This document shows, piece after piece, positions 52,846-61,366 of a stretch of 61,366 bases of DNA. Where the stretch lies: the NCBI GenBank assembly GCA_020057405.1, contig JAGVFW010000009.1:1-61366 (forward strand), given 5' to 3'. Both the position numbers and the translations under genes were made by a program. A model generated the notes under the pieces. It did not search any database. It was not told where the DNA came from and worked only from the letters and a program-made list of their open reading frames with translations. Positions within the stretch are counted from its first letter, which is position 1; each line of letters opens with the position of its first letter. The stretch comes from an archaeon (GTDB lineage Archaea; Micrarchaeota; Micrarchaeia; Norongarragalinales; UBA97).

Positions 52846-55461
52846 ATGATAAAGCAACTGCGCTTGCGCCACTGGAAGAGCCACGAGCAGACCGAAGTGA
52901 CGTTCGGCAAGGGCACCAACTTGCTCGTCGGGGCGATGGGCAGCGGCAAGACTAGCGTGCTTGAAGCGATTTGCTTCGCGCTCTTCGGCACTTTTCCGGC
53001 GCTAAAGAGCAAGCGCGTGAAGTTGGCCGAAGTGGTGATGCAGCGGCCCACGAAGTACGAGGAGGCTAGCGTCGAGCTTTGGTTTTCAGTAGGCGAGGTC
53101 GACTACAGCGTCGAGCGAACGGTGAAGAGCGGCGCTAGCGAGGCGTTCCTTCGCGCCGGGGGTCGGATGCTTGAGTCGGGCAGCGAGCGGGTGACCGAGA
53201 CTATCGGCCGCATTCTTCGCATGGACTACGACCTCTTCACGCGAGCGATTTACAGCGAACAAAACAGGGTAGACTACTTTCTTTCGCTTGGCAAGGGCGA
53301 ACGCAAGAAGCAGATTGACGCGCTTTTGGGCATCGACCAGCTTGAATCCGCGCGGGCAAACGCGGGCACGCTTTCAAACCGCATCCGAACCATAAAGACT
53401 GCGGACGAGGCGTTTTTGCAGGGAATCGGTTTTGAGGAAGTGGAGACTGAGCTTTTGCGCGTGAGAGTCGAGCTCGAGGGAGCCATCACTTTGGGCGAGG
53501 AACTCAAGAAAAAACACGCCGGACAGGAGCGCGAGCTTGGTCAAACGCAAAAACTCGTCGCGCAACTCGATGCTGCTGAGAAAAAATTCAACGAGCTCTC
53601 GCGCCAGGCTGCCGCTGTCGAGTCGCTTGTTACATCGACGAAGGAAATGGCTGGGGCGCTTGAAAAACAGCTTGAGAAAAAATACTCGAAAACGGACTTG
53701 CAAGCCGCAGTGGCGGCGACTGAAAAGTCGCTCGAGTCCCTCAAAAACGCGCGAAGGGCGCTTGAGGAAGTGCGCGGCAACTTGGGCATGGCACGCGGCG
53801 AAAAGCAGGCGCTTGAAAAGCGGCTTTCGGCCCTTCCCGACGGCTCAAAGCCGATTGGCGAAGTCGAGGCAGCCCTTAACGGCCTTGAAAAGCAGGTGGC
53901 GGACGCAAAGGCAATTGCCAAGAAATCCGTCGAAGAGCACGGTCAGACTGGACAGCAGGCGGCAGACCTTTCAAGAAAACTTGAGGAAGCAAAGGCCGCA
54001 GTGTTACGGGCAACCGAGCTTGAAAAGCAGTTAAGCGAGCTAAGGCAATCCGCCTCGGCAATCGGGGAAGCGGCGGCCATTAAGCAATCCGAACGCGAGC
54101 TTGAGGAAACGGCGGCGGGGCATAACGCCCGCGCGCTTGAACTGGAAAAAGCAATCAGCGCGCTTGACACTGCGGATTCAAAGTGTCCCGTGTGCGGCCA
54201 GTCGCTTGACGAGGAGCACCGAAAGCACACGTTCCAGGAAAAAAGCATTGCGCTTGGCATCGCGCGCGCGGGGGCAAAGGCGGCCGGCTCGCAGGCAATT
54301 CAAGCGAGGGAAAGACTGGCGAAGCTCGACGGCCTTTCGCGCACTTCGATGGAACTCGAGCAGCGATTGGCCATACTAAAGCAAGCGCCAGCCGCAGGCG
54401 AAGTCGAGGGCCAGCTAACCGCGGCAAAAGCGGGCCTTGTCGAACTGATTCAGAAAGTGGCGGCTGGCGAAAGCCGGTTGCTTGCTCTTGAAAAAGAACT
54501 TGCTTCAATGCGCGAAGTGGTTGGGGCGGCCCGCGAGAGAGCACAAGCGCTAAAAACGCTTTCCGAAATTGAGGCGAAGCTTAGGCAGTTCTCGGAAGCT
54601 GAAGAAAGGCTTTTGGTAGCTTTTAGCGAGGAGAAAGTCGGTCACGCGCAAGCGCTGCTAAAGCAGCTTGAGAAGGCGGGGCGGCTTTTGGCGCTTGAAG
54701 AAAAGCTTGCTCTTGAGGAAGGAAGGCTTGCGGGCCTGAGAAAGGAGCTTGACGCGACTAAATTTGACTCCGCAGAACTACAGTCTAGCCGCGAGAAGCT
54801 CACTGGCATCGAACGCGAGGAAGCGCGCACTGAAGGCGACGTTGCGGCAATGGCGCTTAAGGTCACTGAAAAGCGCGTGGCGCTTGCGGAGCTTGAGAAG
54901 AAGCACGGGGCGGTCCGGGAGCGGCTCGCGCGCGTAAAGTCGCTTGAGAAGAAAGTCATTGGCGTTACCAAGTTCCAGGAAGCGCTTTTTGAAACGCAGG
55001 CTGCCCTGAGGGGAGAACTCGTTGGCGGCATCAACGAGGCTATGGCGGGGCTGTGGAAGACAATCTATCCCTATCGCGACTATCCTGCGGCGAGGCTGCT
55101 TGCAAGCGAGGACGATTACGAGCTGCAGCTCCAAACAATCGACGGGAATTGGGTGAGCGTCGATTCTGCATCGGGAGGCGAAAGGGCGTGCGGGGCGCTG
55201 TCGCTGCGCACGGCATTCGCGGTCGTGCTCGCACCATCGCTTTCCTGGCTTTTCCTTGACGAGCCTACGCACAACCTCGATTCAACCGCGGTGCAGATGC
55301 TCTCGCACGCGCTTCGTGACGAAGTGCCGCGCATCGTCGAGCAGACGTTCATCATCACGCACGACGAGAACCTGCGCGAGGCTGCAAGCGCAAAAATCTA
55401 CCGCGTCGAGCGCGACAAGGATTCCGGGGACAAGAGCACGGTCGAGGAAGTGACTGTATGA
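52846..55461 (+). CDS. rad50: Rad50 SMC-like ATPase
   Basis: GAMGSGKTS, Q-loop, coiled coils, CPVC zinc hook, ASGGE, FLDEPT..LD, ITHD. Confidence 0.92.
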   Translation: MIKQLRLRHWKSHEQTEVTFGKGTNLLVGAMGSGKTSVLEAICFALFGTFPALKSKRVKLAEVVMQRPTKYEEASVELWFSVGEVDYSVERTVKSGASEAFLRAGGRMLESGSERVTETIGRILRMDYDLFTRAIYSEQNRVDYFLSLGKGERKKQIDALLGIDQLESARANAGTLSNRIRTIKTADEAFLQGIGFEEVETELLRVRVELEGAITLGEELKKKHAGQERELGQTQKLVAQLDAAEKKFNELSRQAAAVESLVTSTKEMAGALEKQLEKKYSKTDLQAAVAATEKSLESLKNARRALEEVRGNLGMARGEKQALEKRLSALPDGSKPIGEVEAALNGLEKQVADAKAIAKKSVEEHGQTGQQAADLSRKLEEAKAAVLRATELEKQLSELRQSASAIGEAAAIKQSERELEETAAGHNARALELEKAISALDTADSKCPVCGQSLDEEHRKHTFQEKSIALGIARAGAKAAGSQAIQARERLAKLDGLSRTSMELEQRLAILKQAPAAGEVEGQLTAAKAGLVELIQKVAAGESRLLALEKELASMREVVGAARERAQALKTLSEIEAKLRQFSEAEERLLVAFSEEKVGHAQALLKQLEKAGRLLALEEKLALEEGRLAGLRKELDATKFDSAELQSSREKLTGIEREEARTEGDVAAMALKVTEKRVALAELEKKHGAVRERLARVKSLEKKVIGVTKFQEALFETQAALRGELVGGINEAMAGLWKTIYPYRDYPAARLLASEDDYELQLQTIDGNWVSVDSASGGERACGALSLRTAFAVVLAPSLSWLFLDEPTHNLDSTAVQMLSHALRDEVPRIVEQTFIITHDENLREAASAKIYRVERDKDSGDKSTVEEVTV

Positions 55462-56384
55462 AGGCGCCTGAAAGAAACGACCCTCGGGAATATGCTGCCT
55501 TGCATCGGCTCCACGACGCGGTTGCAAGCGGGTTAAAGGATCACGTCAGCGAGCACGCGATCAAGTACCCGTGGTCGAGCGACCCGTTTAGGGAAAAAAA
55601 AGACGCGGATGACCTTGCCAAAAGATTCATGGCGGGGAAAATTCCGGCCACGCTCATGCTAAAACCGGACTTTAAGGCTGGCGAATTGCACGTACTCGCG
55701 CGCCTGCCTGGAGATGCCATTAGTGTGGCGACGTTTAAGCTGAAGAAAACTGCCCGCCCCGATCCCGAGATTCATTTTTCAATTTTCTACGTTCCGGGCT
55801 ACGAGAAAATAGGGCTGGAAAAAATGGCGGGGGCGCTTAGAGATAAGACGCTCATCGAGTTGGTCGGATCCGCAACTGAACCGATTCTTTCAAAGCCCGC
55901 TCTTGAAAAACTGCGGAAAAAAGACGACCCGTTTTTGTCAGTAGTCGGAAAGGCCATAGACCACGCACGCCTAGAAAACGAGCCGGAATACGTGCGCGTT
56001 CCCCACGGTAAACAGTCGACGATAATTGTCACGCGCAGGTACTACGACACCAAGCAAATAAAGGAGAAAACTGAGAAAGAGGACTCGATTTCGGTTGCAT
56101 TCACTGCCTTTGAGGACTCGCAAGGCAAGCTGCACGAGATGGATAAGGCAGCGGGACACGACGCCGTCAACTCCAACTTCATCAGCGAGGTTAACGGCAA
56201 GGGAGTCAATCCCAAAGACCTGCTTAGGTTCAGGACGCACTTCGCTGGGGGCGAACAGCACGTCATCGAGGTCTATTCGCAAGAGGGTATGCGCGTTGCG
56301 GAGGCGCTTCAAAACATCATGGAACACGTCAGGCCGACGCACGAAGTTACCATAGAATTGCGTTTCCCGGAGAAAAAGGCCTAG
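55458..56384 (+). CDS. hypothetical protein
   Basis: 308-aa ORF with a 4-nt overlap on the rad50 stop. Confidence 0.65.
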   Translation: MKAPERNDPREYAALHRLHDAVASGLKDHVSEHAIKYPWSSDPFREKKDADDLAKRFMAGKIPATLMLKPDFKAGELHVLARLPGDAISVATFKLKKTARPDPEIHFSIFYVPGYEKIGLEKMAGALRDKTLIELVGSATEPILSKPALEKLRKKDDPFLSVVGKAIDHARLENEPEYVRVPHGKQSTIIVTRRYYDTKQIKEKTEKEDSISVAFTAFEDSQGKLHEMDKAAGHDAVNSNFISEVNGKGVNPKDLLRFRTHFAGGEQHVIEVYSQEGMRVAEALQNIMEHVRPTHEVTIELRFPEKKA

Positions 56385-56413
56385 AGCAATGCCTGCACTC
56401 AGAAAAGAAGAAG

Positions 56414-57607
56414 TTAGATGATTGCCAGCTGCTTGCCGGCTTTTTCAAAAGCGCCAAGCGCCACGGTAAGGTCTTCGCGGGAAAGTTCGGCATTCATCAT
56501 CGTGCGAATGCGCGCCTTGTCCTTTGCAACCATCGGAAACACTATGGGCAGGGCGAAAACGCCTTGTTCGAAAAGCAGTTCGCTTAACGCTTTTGCCTTT
56601 GAGCTCTCGCCGACAATCACGGGGGTGATCGGGGTTTGGCTGATGCCGGTGTCAAAGCCAAGCGACTGCAGCTCCTTCTTGAAGTAACGCGTATTTTCCC
56701 ACAAGCGGGCCAGGTGCTCGGGTTCGGTCTCAAGCACTTCAAGTGCCGCAATGCATGCGGCAACGGTTGCGGGCGGGGCTGAGCCGCTTAGGAGCCACGT
56801 GCGCGACTTGTTGAGGGCAAAATTGACCAGGTCGCGGCTCCCTGCAATGCTTCCGCCGACCACGCCAAACGCCTTTGAGAACGTCCCCATATCGACGTGC
56901 ACGCGCCCCTCAAGGCCGAAGTGGTTGACGATGCCTCGGCCTTTTTCCCCGAGGACGCCGTCGCCGTGCGCGTCGTCAACGTAGACCATGGCGCCGTGCG
57001 CTTCGGCAAGTCCGGTAATTTCCTTTAGCGGCGCGATGTCACCATCCATTGAAAAGACGCCGTCGGTCAAGATTAAAATCCTTCGCGGGGGAGTCGGCCT
57101 GGCGTCAAGTTCATTTAGCACGCGCTCGAGGTCGGATGGATTGGCGTGCTTGAAAATTGCGCGCTCTGCCTTGCAGAGGCGCACGCCGTCAATGATTGAG
57201 CCGTGGTTGAGCTCGTCGCTGATTACGGTGTCGCCCTCGCCGACAAGCTGCGGGATGAGGCCGGCGTTTGCGGCAAAGCCCGTTTGATAGTAAAGTGCCG
57301 CCTCGGTGTGCTTGAAGCTCGCGATTTTTTTCTCAAGAGCGGCGTGCAAGTCCATCGTGCCTGCAATTGCGCGGACGCTTCCCGAACCGGCGCCGCGCGC
57401 GTTGACCGCGTCGATTGCAGCCTGCCTTAAGCGCGGGTGGTTTGAGAGGCCGAGGTAATTGTTCGAGCAAAGGACGAGCACTTTTTTTCCGTCAACGGTT
57501 GCACGCGGCTGGCTCGGGTCCTGTAGCACGCGGATTTTCCAGTCGATGCTCGCGGCTACCATTGCGGCGTATTCAAGCTTAAGAAATGAAGTAGAGTCTC
57601 TAGTCAC
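56414..57607 (-). CDS. kbl: glycine C-acetyltransferase (2-amino-3-ketobutyrate CoA ligase)
   Basis: CSNNYLGL, DELNHGSIIDG, DGVFSMDGD, DDAHG, GTFSKAFG; divergent from tdh. Confidence 0.85.
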   Translation of the reverse strand: MTRDSTSFLKLEYAAMVAASIDWKIRVLQDPSQPRATVDGKKVLVLCSNNYLGLSNHPRLRQAAIDAVNARGAGSGSVRAIAGTMDLHAALEKKIASFKHTEAALYYQTGFAANAGLIPQLVGEGDTVISDELNHGSIIDGVRLCKAERAIFKHANPSDLERVLNELDARPTPPRRILILTDGVFSMDGDIAPLKEITGLAEAHGAMVYVDDAHGDGVLGEKGRGIVNHFGLEGRVHVDMGTFSKAFGVVGGSIAGSRDLVNFALNKSRTWLLSGSAPPATVAACIAALEVLETEPEHLARLWENTRYFKKELQSLGFDTGISQTPITPVIVGESSKAKALSELLFEQGVFALPIVFPMVAKDKARIRTMMNAELSREDLTVALGAFEKAGKQLAII

Positions 57608-57738
57608 GATAAGATTTCAGTGCGACAAGAATAAAACTGCGCGCAACATCGACGCGCGTCGAAAAGACTGGTTTTGTGTTACTGGTTTTTATTGCCGGAT
57701 TCGCCCCTTTAACTAGATTAGATTAATACTGCGAGTTG

Positions 57739-58791
57739 ATGGCATCTATGAAAGCTGTAATGAAAAAGAAGCCCGCAAAGGGGTTTGAGCTTGGCGATGT
57801 CGAAGTCCCGGAAGTTAAGGACGGCGAATTGCTGGTTAAAGTCAAGGCGACGAGTGTTTGTGGAACTGATGTCCACATTTGGAAGTGGGACGAGTGGGCG
57901 CAAAAGCGCATCAAGACTCCCCGAATCATCGGCCACGAGTTTGCAGGCGAAGTCGTCGAGCTTGGAAAGGGCGTCGAAGGGTTCAAGAAAGGCGACATGG
58001 TGAGCGGCGAGACGCACATCAATTGCGAACACTGTTTCCAGTGCAGGACCGGCAACGGCCACATTTGCGAGAATGTCAAGCTCCGTGGCATTGATGTTGA
58101 CGGGTGCTTTGCAGAGTACTTGACGATGCCTGCGGGAACTGCTTGGAAGAACGACCCCAAGATTCCGCTTGAAGTGATGAGCGCGCAAGAGCCTTTCGGA
58201 AACGCGGTGCACACGGTTTATTCGGGCAAGGTGGCTGGGCAGACCATCGTAGTAATGGGCTGCGGGCCCATCGGCATGTGCGCAGCTGCGTTGTGCAACG
58301 CAACGGGCGCGGAAAAGATTTTTGTTGTTGACATCAATGACTACCGCCTCGGGCTGGCGCAAAAGTTGGCGGGAAATTCCTCAAGCATAACGCTTGTGAA
58401 CGCTGCCAAAGAGGATCCGGTAAAGGCCGTCCTTGCGGCAACCGGCGGCCGCGGTGCTGATGTCGTTTTAGAAATGTCGGGCATCGGCGAGTGCCTGCGC
58501 CAGAGCTTCAAGATGGTGAGGGCCGGAGGGCGCGTGTCAATCCTCGGCGTTTATTCGGGCGAAGTGCCGCTTGACGTCACTGATGGGATAGTGTTCAAGG
58601 GCGCGATTGTCAACGGGGTTAACGGCAGGCTCATGTTTGACACCTGGTTTAGGAGCGCGGCGCTACTACGCAGCGGGAAAGTCGACTTGAGTCGGATAAT
58701 CACGCACAAGTTTAATGGCCTTGACAAGATGGATGAGGCAATCGAGGTAATGGCTTCGGGAAAAAGCGGCAAAGTCGTCGTGTTTCCTTAG
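57739..58791 (+). CDS. tdh: L-threonine 3-dehydrogenase
   Basis: CGTDVHI..WD.WA, GHE, SGETH..C..C..C...C, EPFGNAVHT, GCGPIG. Confidence 0.92.
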   Translation: MASMKAVMKKKPAKGFELGDVEVPEVKDGELLVKVKATSVCGTDVHIWKWDEWAQKRIKTPRIIGHEFAGEVVELGKGVEGFKKGDMVSGETHINCEHCFQCRTGNGHICENVKLRGIDVDGCFAEYLTMPAGTAWKNDPKIPLEVMSAQEPFGNAVHTVYSGKVAGQTIVVMGCGPIGMCAAALCNATGAEKIFVVDINDYRLGLAQKLAGNSSSITLVNAAKEDPVKAVLAATGGRGADVVLEMSGIGECLRQSFKMVRAGGRVSILGVYSGEVPLDVTDGIVFKGAIVNGVNGRLMFDTWFRSAALLRSGKVDLSRIITHKFNGLDKMDEAIEVMASGKSGKVVVFP

Positions 58792-60185
58792 AGCCATGCT
58801 GCCTTTTTTCGCACGAACGCGTCGAGCTTCTTTAGTTCAGCGGCATCCATTTCCGAAGGGATTTTTGCGCCCTCGACCAACCGGGCGCGCTTGAAAGCCG
58901 CCTCTAGGTGGCCTCCGACTGCCAACCCCTTGCCGGTCTTTAGCAGTAACTGCAATAACTCTTTCGCCAAAACTGGAGTGCGCTTTTCCTCGGCATACCA
59001 GCGCTCGCCCTTTAGGTACGGTCCGCGCACAGCGCGCTTATGGCCTGCGGCAAAATCGATCGAGTCCTTTGAAAACCACGCGGGTGGCCCTTGGAACACT
59101 TTAACTGCGGGCCGCGAGGCCGACGGCAGTTCAACGAGGAGCCAAAAGCGCCGCTCGTCCATCATCAAGTGGCAGTCCATTATTGGAAATTCCTCGCGCG
59201 CAAGCACGTCGCAGAGCGATTGCATTAGTTTTCTCGCCTGGGGAAACACGGTGTCCTCGACTGAACCGCGCGGTCGGGGCAACTCGACTGCAAAGAACGC
59301 GGTGCCGCGCGAGGTGATGGCGGTAGCGATTGCCGAGGGCAGCGGCGGTTTTTGTTCCGAGGCGGTGAAGAACTCGCGGGAGGGTGATGCGGCAAACGCC
59401 TGGCTGATTGCGGAAAGTATCGCGAGGCTCTCGTTGCTTACTGCGGCAGCGGCGTTGCGGTTTCGGTCAATCGCGTCGACCATGACTAGGGGCGAGCCTT
59501 CGAACTTTTTGGCCAGCTCGGCTTCCTTGCCGCGCCAAGCGGATTCGATGTCGATAACAACCGGCGGCCGCCATTGCGCAGCAGCAGTTAGGAGGCCCCA
59601 AAGCGAGCGGTAGTTTAGCACAAGATACTCGCAAAGGAGGCCGGAGAAGCCGCCTATGGTTGCCTCTGCGCCGTAGACGCCGGCGCGCTTGAGTATCGCC
59701 TTTAGCAGGCGCACGTCGCGCTTTTGCCGAAAGTTAAGCCGCTTTTGCAGGTAATCCATGTGCAGGGGCGACCTATCGACCGCGCTTTTTATCGGCTCGT
59801 GAGGCACTATCTGGAAGCAGGGGATGACTTCGACTTTGTAGTTTCCGACAACTCCTGCGAGATACGGGTGCTCGGCGTAGTGCGTCTCCCATTTTGCGGG
59901 AATGCCGGCGCGCGTTGCGGCAAAAGTCTTTTCCGCAATTTCCTCGCGCGAGTATTTTTGGGGAAAGGCGATGAAGAGGTCGATGTCTTTTTCAAGATGC
60001 AGGCCGGTGTCCCGGGCGGTTGAGCCGATGAAGTAAACGCGTGCGGATGGCAAGCGCAGGGCGTCTTCAAGCTTCTCGACTAGCTCCATGGCGAAGGCTT
60101 TTTCGGCCGCGGACTCTTTTGCAGTGGGGGTTATGCCCACCGAAACTTCAGCAAAGAGCTTCTCCGCCTTTTCAGATGCCTTCAT
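58788..60185 (-). CDS. cca: archaeal (class I) CCA-adding enzyme
   Basis: GSTARDT...DIDLF, YAEHPY, SAVDRSPLH, GVYGAE...GFSGLLCE, RNAAAAVS. Confidence 0.95.
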   Translation of the reverse strand: MKASEKAEKLFAEVSVGITPTAKESAAEKAFAMELVEKLEDALRLPSARVYFIGSTARDTGLHLEKDIDLFIAFPQKYSREEIAEKTFAATRAGIPAKWETHYAEHPYLAGVVGNYKVEVIPCFQIVPHEPIKSAVDRSPLHMDYLQKRLNFRQKRDVRLLKAILKRAGVYGAEATIGGFSGLLCEYLVLNYRSLWGLLTAAAQWRPPVVIDIESAWRGKEAELAKKFEGSPLVMVDAIDRNRNAAAAVSNESLAILSAISQAFAASPSREFFTASEQKPPLPSAIATAITSRGTAFFAVELPRPRGSVEDTVFPQARKLMQSLCDVLAREEFPIMDCHLMMDERRFWLLVELPSASRPAVKVFQGPPAWFSKDSIDFAAGHKRAVRGPYLKGERWYAEEKRTPVLAKELLQLLLKTGKGLAVGGHLEAAFKRARLVEGAKIPSEMDAAELKKLDAFVRKKAAWL

Positions 60186-60210
60186 AAGCAGGGTTACGCA
60201 GGCTGCGGAT

Positions 60211-60738
60211 TTAAAGCAAAGCAAACTCCGCCACAATCGAGTGCACGGCGCCCTTGGAGGAGAGCTCGCTTTTCATCAGGTAAAAGGAATTGACTTGAAA
60301 CGGGCCGAAGTCTGCGGGTGATTTGGAAAGCGCAACGAGCTTGTCGGAATTGTGCTGTGAGCGGATTCTTGCCAGGGTGACGTGCGGGTGGAAAGGCCGG
60401 TCTTCGCGGTAGTTGAGGAAGGAGGAAACTTGTTTTTGCAGTTCCAGTAGTTCCTTGCTCTCAATGCCCGCCCAGAATACTTGCGGGGACTTTTCGTTTG
60501 GGAAAACTCCGAGACCTAAGGCGGTTGCGCTGAAGCGCGGAAAGCTTATGGAGCTAAGGGCTGCGATAAGCTCCTTTGCTTGTCCTTCGCTTTTTTCGCC
60601 AAGGAAGGCGAGGGTGCAGTGGAGTTGGTTTGGGTCGGCGAAACCGGCGTCTGCGCCGGTTTGGATGGCTTTTTCAATCGTCTGCGCCAGGCTATCGCAA
60701 GCCGGCGGGGTCACGGGAATTGAGACGAACAAGCGCAT
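60211..60738 (-). CDS. thpR: RNA 2',3'-cyclic phosphodiesterase (2H family)
   Basis: MRLFV, HCTL.FLGE, PHVTLAR. Confidence 0.92.
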   Translation of the reverse strand: MRLFVSIPVTPPACDSLAQTIEKAIQTGADAGFADPNQLHCTLAFLGEKSEGQAKELIAALSSISFPRFSATALGLGVFPNEKSPQVFWAGIESKELLELQKQVSSFLNYREDRPFHPHVTLARIRSQHNSDKLVALSKSPADFGPFQVNSFYLMKSELSSKGAVHSIVAEFALL

Positions 60739-60791
60739 TTCAATAACCTTTTAAGCCACTCTGGGCCTCTGGATAACTGCAGGTGTGTTTT

Positions 60792-61366
60792 GTGTTCAAA
60801 AAGGCTTTGTTTTTGGCAGTTTTGCTCCTCGTCGTAGCCGGCGCGGGGGCCTCGCAGGTTGACATCATCGACCCCGTTAGGGAAACCATTGCGGCCCAGA
60901 ATGCGCTTTTGCCCGACAGGGCGGTTGACTTGGGCGTAGTTGGGCCGGGCCAGAAGCTTGAGCTCATTGCCTATACTGACACTGGCGAGATTAGCCGCGG
61001 CAACGAAACGATTAGCAGGCGCAATGCAGTCTGGGACCGGATGGAAGTGGTTTCTGACAGCGTGCCAAAAGGCTGGGTCGGCCAGGACAGCCTGCGCTAC
61101 GAGTCACCCATGAAGGCGTTTATCGTCGTTGACAGAAACGCGGCAAACGGGGACTACAACTTTTTGCTAAAGACCGTTGACGAATTCGAGGGAGTCGCAC
61201 CCCTCACTTTCCGCGCAAAGGCGACGGTAACTAGCGCGGTGTTCTCCTTGCGGATTTCGGGCGAGCCGGTTAAAGTGCCGTCACGCTCCACCGCAGTCTA
61301 CCAGCTTGAGCTTGAGAACAAGGGCAGCGCGAGCGATGTGTTTGAAGTCAAGGTCACGGGGCTGCC
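60792..61366 (+). CDS. secreted or surface protein, partial (runs off the window end)
   Basis: GTG start, signal peptide FKKALFLAVLLLVVAGAGA, open beta-rich frame to the window end with an Ig-like LENKGSASDVFEVKVTGL segment. Confidence 0.7.
   Translation, partial: MFKKALFLAVLLLVVAGAGASQVDIIDPVRETIAAQNALLPDRAVDLGVVGPGQKLELIAYTDTGEISRGNETISRRNAVWDRMEVVSDSVPKGWVGQDSLRYESPMKAFIVVDRNAANGDYNFLLKTVDEFEGVAPLTFRAKATVTSAVFSLRISGEPVKVPSRSTAVYQLELENKGSASDVFEVKVTGL

Noticed and set aside
56414-57607. bioF (8-amino-7-oxononanoate synthase)
   Set aside because: Same fold, but adjacency to tdh and the absence of biotin genes favour Kbl.
1-61366. CRISPR array, rRNA, integrase, transposase or provirus
   Set aside because: No regularly spaced repeat-spacer series, rRNA-like segment, or recombinase, transposase or capsid ORF was recognised.

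Overview
Archaeal chromosomal segment, inferred to be DPANN (Micrarchaeota-like) from its gene content: archaeal CCA-adding enzyme, aEF-1beta, Dtd2-type deacylase, Nre, histone fold, a BHB-intron tRNA, TATA-like boxes just upstream of start codons, and many short orphans. Housekeeping content includes UvrABC, Lhr, Nre, RecJ-like DHH, HerA, Rad50, a beta-CASP RNase, GatA/GatC, a five-gene alpha-glucan (glycogen) operon, Tdh/Kbl, CCA and ThpR, two type II toxin-antitoxin pairs and tRNA-Arg(GCG). The most striking feature is a compact, eukaryote-like ubiquitin conjugation cluster at about 22.9-27.6 kb. It contains a ubiquitin-like protein ending in GG, a ThiF-type E1, a canonical UBC E2, a JAB/MPN+ isopeptidase and a winged-helix plus RING-like candidate E3, with two accessory proteins sharing an amphipathic C-terminal motif. 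Also notable are two families of short dispersed intergenic motifs, several enzymes with degenerate catalytic motifs, and tandem M23-like lipoproteins. All calls come from reading motifs by eye; no searches were run. Many start codons were moved from the ORF track to more plausible positions.
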